A stretch of DNA of 64,000 bases, taken from assembly GCA_040954595.2 (NCBI GenBank), contig CM082577.2, positions 8,333,846 through 8,397,845 of the forward strand, read 5' to 3'. Numbering within the stretch: position 1 is the stretch's first letter; each line of letters opens with the position of its first letter. The translations under genes were made by a program, and so were the position numbers. Under the pieces are notes generated by a model. That model was not told the origin of the DNA, ran no database searches, and saw only the letters and a program-made list of their open reading frames with translations. Shown piece after piece: positions 24,828 to 35,100 of the stretch. The DNA is from Balanoglossus misakiensis. Its lineage: Eukaryota; Animalia; Hemichordata.

Positions 24828-25751
24828 ATGCTTCACAACATTAAAGGGAGTGGTACAACATGGTTAGTCGTAGCCGGCATGAGCGGCCTTGCAGCTTTTG
24901 GATGGGTGCTTCACACGTTGCGGTCAAACAGAAAACACCATCATCATCCCGAGCATCTTTCAGTGATGGAGGATTCGACCATAGGACGGATTGGCATCAC
25001 AGGTGCGGCGGGACTTATCGGGAGTATTTTACGGCAGCGCCTTCCTCAACATGGTGACTTTGAATTGGTCCTGTTCACTATTTCAGATGGAGAGGTGGAC
25101 GGATCTATCGGTGTTGATTTGAGTGACGCAACTGCTCTGCAAGGAAAGTTCGACGACCTCGATTGCGTTATTCACCTGGCGGGTGATTCGTCCGCTAATG
25201 CATCATGGGAAAGCACTATAAAAAACAACCAAACAGCAACCTACAACGTTTTGCGAGAATGTGTCCGCGCAAAAGTGAGAAAGGTCATATTTGCCAGTTC
25301 CAATCACATCATGAATGGTTACGTTGTCGACAGTTTTGACAACCCGGAATCCTTCAACCTCGAGAGGGCGCCATCAGTGAAATTTACTGAGTTCGATGAC
25401 CCGCTGCCCGATTCGTTGTACGGTGTCAGTAAACTCGCAGGGGAAGCTCTTGGAAAACTGTTTTCTTCCCGCCACGGAATTGATGTCGTTTGTTTTCGTA
25501 TCGGATGGGTAACTTTGGAAGACGATCCCAACGCCTTACAAGGCAAAAGAGGGGACTATCTACGCTCTGTGTTTCTTAGTCAACGAGACTGCGTGCAGGC
25601 GTTTCTTAAAGCCATCAGAACCAAACTTCCAACGAAATTCGTCGTCTTGAATTTGACATCAGCAAATACAACAGGAATTTATGATCTCAGTAGAATCAGA
25701 CAGATGATTGGTTATAATCCCCTCGACAATTCAGGGAAATTCCAGGCATAG
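24828..25751 (+). CDS. Extended SDR / NAD(P)-dependent epimerase-dehydratase family, uronate dehydrogenase / archaeal Azf-like; intronless, 307 aa from ATG 24828
   Basis: Rossmann motif ITGAAGLIG; CVIHLAGDSSANASWE; VIFASSNH; catalytic PDSLYGVSK (YxxxK); CFRIGW; FLSQRDC; GYNPLDNS. Preceded by hydrophobic WLVVAGMSGLAAFGWVL and KHHHHPEH. The ORF-track start at 24783 is a GTG; the first in-frame ATG is 24828. Confidence 0.88.
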   Translation: MLHNIKGSGTTWLVVAGMSGLAAFGWVLHTLRSNRKHHHHPEHLSVMEDSTIGRIGITGAAGLIGSILRQRLPQHGDFELVLFTISDGEVDGSIGVDLSDATALQGKFDDLDCVIHLAGDSSANASWESTIKNNQTATYNVLRECVRAKVRKVIFASSNHIMNGYVVDSFDNPESFNLERAPSVKFTEFDDPLPDSLYGVSKLAGEALGKLFSSRHGIDVVCFRIGWVTLEDDPNALQGKRGDYLRSVFLSQRDCVQAFLKAIRTKLPTKFVVLNLTSANTTGIYDLSRIRQMIGYNPLDNSGKFQA

Positions 25752-27558
25752 TAGAATGCGTCGTTCCAGGCCCGATACACCTGAAAATCATGAATCTTGA
25801 CTCTGAATCAAGAATGTTACTGTTAAAGAGGACCATGATGCGAGATCAGCAACATTAAACAGTGAATCCGTTTCAATTGATAAGATTTAACCGTCGCCAA
25901 TGACCGTGCCAAGTCACGCACATGAAAAAAAAACAGGTGTACGTCCATGCGTGTCACAAAAAAGACCGACAACATAATTTCAAATTAATAAATTCATGTG
26001 GCTTTTATTGTCACAAATTGTCATTTCTTGCTGCCATGACTACCATGACAGATCGAAATACATGTATACAACCACTGCTAATGTTTAAAAAAAAACATTG
26101 GTGTCTTACAATGCAGTGAAGTCAATAATGAAACGTTGGTACTGACACAATGGAGCTTGTGTATCTGAAATTCTTTAATACAGGCCAGATTGTTTTATAT
26201 CCGCTTTGGATTTTTTTGAATCATGATTTTCATACACAACTGGTAAGAATTATTCTGTTTGCCTAGTGGCAAGCAAGTCTTTGCTAAATTTCTTTAAAGT
26301 TAAAACGAAAACTTCACAATGTTGATGTCAGCTTTGAGCGTACATATAAAACCGGGGACAGTGGCCGGGAAATCTGAATATGAAATAAATTTGAGAATTT
26401 GGAGCAAACGACCGAACACGCCGACATTGTTTTGTCAAAATTGGGGGATAGGAAAAGATAGGCAGTTAAATGTTAAGGCAAAAATATAGTCACAAGCTGA
26501 TCCAAAGGACTACCTTGAATAATTCATTCTGATTTCTTGTTAGGCTAACAAAATTGTCACACACTGTTTACTTTATAAACGGTCCCGTCACAGAAAAATT
26601 CCCAAGATTGTCTATTTAAAAGAATGGCAAATGCCCACACACAAAACCACACTGGCATAAAATGAAGAGGAAAAAAACCCCGCTAAGCTGTGAAGTCCAA
26701 CCAAACACAGCCACTTAAATTACAAACTTTATAATATATTAAGACTCGCATCAAGCACATTGATGGAGCAAAGCTATTAGAACACAACTCCGACATTTCA
26801 TTGCAAAATAATTTAAATTTTGTCAATAAGCTTACAGATTCAAAGGATGTATAATAATACAGCATGTATGTTGAAAGGAGACAGAAGAGAGAAGGAAGAG
26901 GAGGGGGGGCGGTACCCTGAATGGTTTTTGTCTGAATATAAGTTTCAGATGTCTGTGAAACATTGTTTTTGATACTACAGATACTATGGACAATGTGATC
27001 CAACTGGGCACCTGGCAAAAGATGATAGGATTTAAAAGAGTGGACATGTCTTATAATATATGGAAGACACTGGAAATGGCAAATATTGACAACATATCTG
27101 CAATAATAATTCTCCTCGCACTAACAGTCATGTCTGAACAACTTCAGTTTTCACACAATGACATTTTCTGTACAAATTTAGAAGACGGATGCTGAGGGCT
27201 GTTTTGAGTTTTTAAAATTTATAATTCTGAAATATATATAATAATTAGAAAAATAATTAATTATCTTATTTTAGCAATCACCGGCTGTACAATTCATATG
27301 TACAGGAATAAAATAAATTTGGCAGGAGAGTTAAAACATCTATTGTATAAATGTTTAAATAAAATACATGAATCAATTACATCAATAAGCATATACATAT
27401 ACTCCCTAATTTGGGGGGTACGTTTGTACTTCTCAAGTAAAAGCTTTGTTTTTTTCCACTTTGGCACATATCTTACACTAAATCAAGGGCAATATCTGCT
27501 TAATAAATTATGCAAGTGCTTGGCACTGTATATTCATAAATTTGGTTTGGAAAACAGC

Positions 27559-30367
27559 TCAGTTTGCCCGGCTGATTCTGCTGGCAACGTGGTTTAGTCC
27601 AAGTTCGATCAAGGCCTGGCAGAGTTTTCCTTTGGTGCACTCTTCGGGAGTCTGTTCCTTCCATCTGTGCAACATCTGGAAAGCTTGCTCGCGGACTTTC
27701 CCACGATGCGCATGCTCAATGGAACACAAGTCACTTTCGGGCATGTCTAAGGTGTGGCCCACGTCCCGCCAGTTGCCCAAGACCAAACCCGCGGCATCCC
27801 ACAGCTTCTTCTCCGAGAGCTCCTCGTCGTCGTCGTCGTAAAGCCGAAGGTCGCGACGAACGGAGTTGCGGTGGACAGGCGGCGGGGCCAGAGGGAAGAC
27901 TCCAGTTGACATGGACGGTATCGGATAGGACGACGTTGACATGACTGGCGAACTGTAACTGTTGTAACTGTACGACACCTGCGATACTGGCGTGACGTTC
28001 AACGACGTGCACACTGGGTTCTTGCACGGTGCGCTCGGCTGGGTTGGCGTTGACTGTCTGTGCACGATTGTGTACGGACCGCTCCCACCGAAGAATTCGC
28101 CCTCGCGAGAGTTCACGGGCGGAGTTCTCTCGGGCGTTGGGATACCGTGTTGATCATAGATGGACGTAACGAATGGTGAGGAGGGAGCCGCTTCATTTTC
28201 TTCAATGCGGATTCTTTTACTGGTCACCTCTTCATCAGATGATGACCACGATCTCTTTCTGGACGGTATTGCCATTTCTGTAGACAGACAAAACACACAG
28301 AAATATTAATATTTTGGGAATCTTTCAGCTAACAATAACATGTGTTCAAGATCTGTTTTTCGTATCTTAGGAATAAAGGTCCATTCTTGAAATCATAGTA
28401 TAAAAAAGTATTTATTTTTTTCGGAGGAAACATTTCTCAATGCGAATATATACCTTCAGCTGGAGTAGACGGTCTTTCTGAGCCACTGTTAACTGTAGGG
28501 GATGATGATGTACCAAATCGAAAGAAATGTCCCAGTCTTGACTTTGATTCTGCCGCCTCAGTGTCGGGAGACACCTCGCCGAGTCGTATCTTGCGATTGA
28601 CGTCATACATGGCTCTGACAAACTCATCCGGGGTTCCTCCACGCTGCATGTACATCGACAGCACCTGGTTGAACGGGTCATTGCAGGGCCTCAGCTTTTT
28701 GGCGATTTCAGATTTCGTGAATCCAAGCTCAAGTGCAAAATCTGTCCAATTGTTATCGGACGTGATCTTGAGAACATCTGTGAAAAAAAGAGAGACAACG
28801 TCCATTTAGAATGTGTAAACCAACTACAATGCAAAACAACCTCTGCAAGAGTTCAACTCCACACGAAAAAAATATAGAAGACAGACGCGGAATGCACTAT
28901 GCAGTCGAGAAAACGTAAATGTCTTCATTTTCAGGAGAATGTTTGATATGGGAGTTGTAAAAGGTCATAAGGCAATACGCATTTATTTCAGGACAGACAT
29001 TCGACTTACCGGCTAATTCTTTGACAGGTTCTAACGTCCATGGATTACCACTAGATAAGGCCACGCTCTCTTCAGTTTCATTCTGAAAACACAAAACACA
29101 GGGTTAGTTGAGAGGACACTTTTAATATTCAGATATAGATATTGCGTTTCTAACCACGCTTTGCTAAATTTGTCACGTGGCTTATCTGGAAGATAATCAC
29201 GGCGCCCAGTGATGAGTATCGACTGTGGGACCCCCTGGTTCTTCATTCATATTCCAACTTTTATTATGTATAGTATACAGATCGCTCGAGACTGCCACAG
29301 TCTTGAACTCCCCATCCATCTATAGTAAGAGAGCTACCCCATATAGCCAATGCACCATGATGCCCCTCGCAGGGGTGAAGGGTCAAGTGTCATTAAATTA
29401 CTCGAGCCTTTCAACTCACAAACTGCGACCACAGTTCTGTGTACAAGTGGTCTTCTGTTCTCACACCCACACACTGAGTTGAAAAGTTCAAACTGGGTCA
29501 TCAACTATGCGGACAGCTCGCAGTGGATCATGCTTTTTGACACTGCAGAATCAGTGTGGGTCCGTATTTGTACAACTTCTTCTTACCTTGACCAGGTTGA
29601 ACTTGAAAATATCTTCTCTGCTGCCGTCTGGAAGAAGCCGCTCCACGAGAACTTTTCCGAAGACTTCGTTCTCCTGGGGCCTGTGCTTGAATTTGCAAGC
29701 AAACTGCTTCTCGAACTCCATTCCTTTGAAGTTCTTCTCCAACTGTTGCAAGGAGGGGTCTTCTCCGGCGTTGGTGATCGCCTCAAAGAACTCGGAAACC
29801 AGTCTCACTACAATATCACCTGTCAAACAAACACACAATGAATCATAAATTTGACAAGTTCATGGCCAATGTTTTCTAAAAATCTTTCAGTTATGACTAT
29901 GTGTAATTCTAGTATCGGTGACAATTATAACTGCCAAAGTTTAAAATGCTACTGGTACAGTGGCAAGTGGTAGTGGTCCCTGGTTTGGTTGTTTTCTCAA
30001 GGGATGAAACAATGTCACTTTGATTCTCTGATTTTTCGTTGTAAGGAGGGGTATATACAATTCAAAGATGAAAAAAGTTGAATTTACCTTGTTTGAGAGG
30101 CTTGGCCACTGTGGCCCTTCCCACAACACACTGGTAGTTGTCGCTCTCCGGCAACTTCTTGTCTGAGCGATGGCACAGCACTTGGAGACCAAACGTGTTG
30201 GTGTTGGAGTTCTCCACCATCCGCGCCAGACACTTCATTTGGATTTCAGAACCACCGGAGAACCACCAGTGTTTCATTCCGAGTCTCGCCTCGTTGAGCT
30301 TCGTGCTGACAATGTCCAGAAGATTATGCATAAAGCCTTGGGAGGTTGAATATGAACTGTTCAACAT
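27559..30367 (-). CDS. Death-domain protein: N-terminal UPA-like domain, central death-domain-like region, S/P/T-rich linker, C-terminal death domain (PIDD/DTHD1-like); 542 aa, 5 coding exons
   Basis: In-phase exons 30367-30088, 29819-29587, 29082-29010, 28777-28454, 28277-27559 (phases 1,0,1,1; 1629 nt). C-terminal DD: LWDAAGLVLGNWRDVGHTLDMPESDLCSIEHAHRGKVREQAFQMLHRWKEQ...LCQALIELGLNHVA. Central DD-like: KELADVL...NWTDFALELGFTKSEI...PFNQVLSMY. The UPA assignment is my recollection of PIDD-like sequences. An AG acceptor before 30369 implies an unresolved upstream exon. Confidence 0.85.
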
Positions 30368-32148
30368 TTCTTGATTGCGCGAAAAAAAAATTGATGACTT
30401 TTTAAGTTTTTGGCCGAAGATGACTGGATGGAAGCCAATTGGAGGGTTTATAAATTTTAAGTTTTGGTAGTTTATTTAAATTCGACGTCTTCGGTTTCAC
30501 TGTTTCTGCAAGCTGACATTTTCTAGTGGTGTGCAGGAACCTCGAGTAGACAATCTGAGGGGAAAAACAAAAGAAAGAAAGGGAACTCTTTAATATGAGG
30601 TAATGTATAGTGAATTGCAATATGTTAGAAAATATGGCGACTGTCAATCAAATCACATGCATGATCACTGATCTGCCAATTTCTGTAAGAACTGGGATTT
30701 GGGTGACAGACATAAAATAAAATTCTTAACAAATTATCTGTTGATCTATCCGGCCATGGATTGTTAAAGTTGTCGACTCGAGCAGCCTTCGGAATGAAAA
30801 CAGCGGAGCCCAAGGCTGTCAACGCACCTGCCTTAGGACCCAGGCTATAGATGCACCATGCTCTTAGCTGTAAAGCGACACGTGAAAAGGCAATGTCTGA
30901 GTGTTCTATGAACACCCTTGCTGTTCACTGGTATTAAAAGTATATGGCTGATTTCAGCTGCAGCATTCCGATTTTGCAGTTGAACATTTTGCTTCCATCC
31001 AATACATGAACCCCGAGTAATGCTATTTATTGTACTTCGGAAAGCACATTTTGGGCGGGACACGGACAAACGGCACCCGCCGGGATACTTTCAATTCGAC
31101 ACAAAAGTCTTACAATGACCTAGTTTCAATTCTAAGAGTCGAAGAGCATACACATCCAAATTACGGTGACCTGTTTTTTCAGATTTTAGGAAATTTGCTC
31201 CCAACTCCATACCCCGGATGTCATTATACTGAAGATAGATAACTGCAGCAACCGTGCGCGTGCACTTCGGTAACCGCAAGTTCCGCTCTGCAAGTCTTGA
31301 GGTCACGACCTTAGACTTTTTAAATTCAATCAAGAGATTTCTTTGCTGTTTGCGAATTTTAATCAACCTGACGGAAATTATCTAATTGACATTTGAAACT
31401 GTAGTTGGTTATGTCGTAATAGCTGTAGTGGGTTGTGTCACGCGGCGGGACAGGTCCCATATATTGAGGGTGATAGGGCGGGCCTTGGAGTTTTAATGGC
31501 GCGATGGTCTGGAGGATGACACATCGCTCTAGGGTGGCGGGGAAGATAAGTCCTTCAACTTTTCACCACTATAAAAACTAAAGAAGCTCCATGCCATTCG
31601 GTTTACACCTGTCTTGAAACTTGTCACCGGAAAATCGCGTTGCTTCTTCTCTCTATATATATTTGGCCGGTTCTGCGAGTATTTGTGGAAGGGTGTACAT
31701 TAAACAAGACATTAGCCGGCAATTAGGCAATAGACGGGAGAGGAAATTATAGCCTTTTTAATTTGTTTGCTTGCCGGAACGTTACTTCCTGTCCATGAAT
31801 GGCGAATTTAGATTACGAAGGCGATCAACAATAAAGACGGACGTGTGTAATGAGCCTTTGCTGTCACTCCGTATTGTGGGGGACTCTTATAAATGAGCGA
31901 TTCTATGCAAGCCTAGGGGGTATGTTTCCGGTCTATCTTTTGTCATCCTAATTTGGTCTCATTTAAATACAGGTGGTAAACCGCACTTCTCATCTAAACG
32001 GGCTTAGATTGCTGTCAACGCTTAAGGTAGAAACTTAACTTATACCGCGGGTTCTAGTTTATAATTTTTTGTAAAAACCGCGCAAACTTGGATATGTCGG
32101 TTGTGAGCCCCACGAAGAGGGTCTCCCGACGAGTAACCGCTGTTGGAT

Positions 32149-32160
32149 GGGAACTTTCCC
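32149..32160. promoter_or_regulatory. NF-kappaB (kB)-like site in the CpG-rich region upstream of the death-domain gene
   Basis: GGGAACTTTCCC; its first 11 nt are one mismatch from the Ig-kappa site GGGGACTTTCC. Motif match only. Confidence 0.35.
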
Positions 32161-32169
32161 CAAGTTGGA

Positions 32170-35100
32170 GGATTCTATGGCGACAGCGCTAGGATACGCG
32201 CAATGCTTGGATCGTTTCGGATGTCGCATCCTTTGTCTGGAGAGATGCAGCGGTTGTAAGATAGATAGGTGTCTTGAGAACGAGCCAAGGATTCAACAGG
32301 TGGTTGTGTATTATCAGGCGTGATCGCAAAGCCTACATCAGGTAAGGAAATGATAATTAAGTTCTGATTTTCGATGAAACCTCAATTTACTTTTTATTTT
32401 ACCTCGTTTGCTTCTTATCTCTGAGTCAGTTTGATTCTGCTTTGAAGCATTGGATTTTGCAGAGAAAAAAAGATGAATTTGCTGTCACTTTTAGGCAAAA
32501 ATAGGTCCAGTTTCCTCGATTCTTTTTATGTTTCATTCAGTTCAAATTTTAAAGTGAGTAGCTACTAGGTTCTGGTGTTGTATGGCCTACAATCTAACAG
32601 GAGAATGGATTTCTGGCGTGGCCAAAATCCTGTTTAATTTAATCTTATTTTGCAAATAGTTGCAGCTGCCTCTTTATTGATTTTTCCAATGATTTTAATC
32701 AATTCATGGACACAGTTATGTGTTTGTTTGCTTGGGCTTCCATCAAGAAATTTCACTGGACGCCTCAGTGGAATTATTTTTTTCACTTTTTTCCGGGATA
32801 AGTTTCATACGATTTCTTGTGAAATTATAAGCAACCCTTTTCTAACTTTTCTGTAAGTGATGAAATCTTGAAACTTCTTCATCAACAGAAGTCACACACA
32901 AACCTCTCCCAGTTGACATTCAAGGTTAGATTGTGTTTCTATTTCTAATTCTAAATCTGATCATTTTCCTTCTTGGCCATCTTCTCATGTTAGATTTCTC
33001 CCCATGATAAGTACCACTTGGCGGGCAATTATTGCTTACATGGATAAAAAAAGCAGAAGATATACTCGAAATGTGTTGTACCGAAACCGTAACCTTGGTG
33101 ATATGTTTGCTTGAAATTATTTGATTATATCAGATAAAAAACACAGATTTGATAAGAGGAAACTAATGACTATTTTAGCAACTGAAAATTTCTTTTTTAA
33201 TTAAATTTGATATTATATTATACATCAACGTTTTATAGAAGTTGTGACCTGGCGGTAAAGGAAGTGGAATTCCAAAATGGGGTTTTCATGCAACCACAAT
33301 GGCAGGTTTTGATAAGTTGGTGTGTTATCTGGACTTATCTTGTAGAGCGGAAATGTAGAGGACTGTGTACACATTGATTGAGAAAGGTTAGCTTGGCAAG
33401 TAGGATTTATGAAGGACAATTCTCTCTAAAGTAGCACCAAGCTTTGCGCTCTGGGGTGAATTGGACAATTAATTACCAAGGCTCTGATGGGTATATGTGC
33501 TAGAATTTCTGGGTGAGCATCGGTGAAAGTGTTTGGATGTAGATGCTTGTGAAAGAGGAAAAAAAATAGTTTGATATCAGTCAGTTTTCATCATGAAGAT
33601 ATGATTTCTTTGGATCGAACTTGGTAGCAATATTTGTGGGTGTTGGGAGGCTGGGGATGCTCTTGGTCTTTTGATAAATTTCAGAGGCAAAAACGGAAGC
33701 CAATTGGACGCATGTAGATTCAGTTCATTGACAAACATGCTGAATAGGACTTGTATGATAACATCTCGGCTCAAGGATCTGTGATTACAGTTAAATATTA
33801 CCCTAACAATGGGAGTCTATTAATATGCAAATCAACGGGTCACATGATAGGGTAGGCATGAGTGTGAGGTAGGGCCCCAGGGATTTGGCGGGAAGGCTGG
33901 ACTTGTGGGGTGAAAAGACGGTTATTTCTGGAGGGAGAAAAAGAGCAAACAGGACAAGTGTTTGTTCAACGGGGAAACCAATCAGGGCTTAGGGCGGGAA
34001 TTTTGATTTGTGTCCACTTACGGTTCGTGCTGGTTTTGGAGGGTGGACAGTTAGTTTGATTGTCCTGTAAAAACATGGATTCAAAAAAACTGTAAAGGTA
34101 GATTGGTTGTTGGTGATAACTGTTCTATAAGCAATTCCATAGGCAAGTATTCCTCCCCCCAAAAAACATTATTTAATATGAGCTGAAGCCTTTTGTGGGA
34201 TAATTTCTGTTGCATAAGACGGCTTTTATGTCAATCTGAGTTCAAAGTCTGATCAAACATGAGATATTCTGCAGGGACAGCAGAATCCATTCCTATCTTA
34301 AAGACCGACTCGACTGATCTAATCTTTTCGGCTTCAGTGGATTTCCAATTGATCCGGGGGGTAGAAACAAATTGTGTGCGAAATTCCCCCACTTGTGACT
34401 TGATGAAGTCTGTCCATTATCCGCAAGGTGAGAGGACAATCACGGTGACAGATGTGAAGAGACTGACATGCTCCACTGGTGTGTGTTTATAAAAAGGCGA
34501 TCTTCATTCAAGCATGTAACATTAACCATGTCGGACTGTTTTGAAGTAAACTTAATTCCTTTGTTGACCAGTGTCTGTGCCGTATTTGTGCTTCAACTGA
34601 GCTGGCTTAAAATTCCTTCTAAAATAGGTTTCTGACTTCAAATCATATATGCTCTTGTCTTATAAGCGGACATTAAAATATTTCAGTTGATTCTTAGCTC
34701 TGTCCATAACCGTCAGAAGCGTTCAAAACTGGCCTTGCCAAGCGGCACGCTAAAATTGGTATATAAATCTTAGTAAATTGGTTTATTGTGAGACTTTACT
34801 GTTTGTTAGTTGTAAAACGAGTATGTCTGTGGCCCCAGGGTGTGGTGATTAACACATAGTTGTGAGCAATATAAAATGCACACTTTATTTACTTGCTACT
34901 AATTTTTCACCAGATATTATATTATAAGTTGTGGGTAATCAAAGTGAATTTCTCCTTTGATCTGCGTCAGTGCCGACCCTGCCTTTTGAAGTGCATGTTT
35001 ATATGCAAGTCACACCACACCACAGTGCATGCATGCGGACTCCGAGCGACTTTGCACGTGTGCTGCATAAATCATTCATTGATGGCATTTCCCCCTTCAG

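Noticed and set aside
32858-32961. Box C (GTGATGA) ... box D (CTGA) snoRNA candidate, and a similar one at about 34400-34466
   Set aside because: No terminal stem and no convincing rRNA-complementary guide.
33099-33132. miR-190-like TGATATGTTTG; also miR-219-like TGATTGTCC (about 5732, 34057), miR-29-like TAGCACCA (about 33432) and let-7-like TGAGGTAG (about 33865)
   Set aside because: Only the first 8-11 nt match; the rest of the mature sequence and a proper hairpin are absent.
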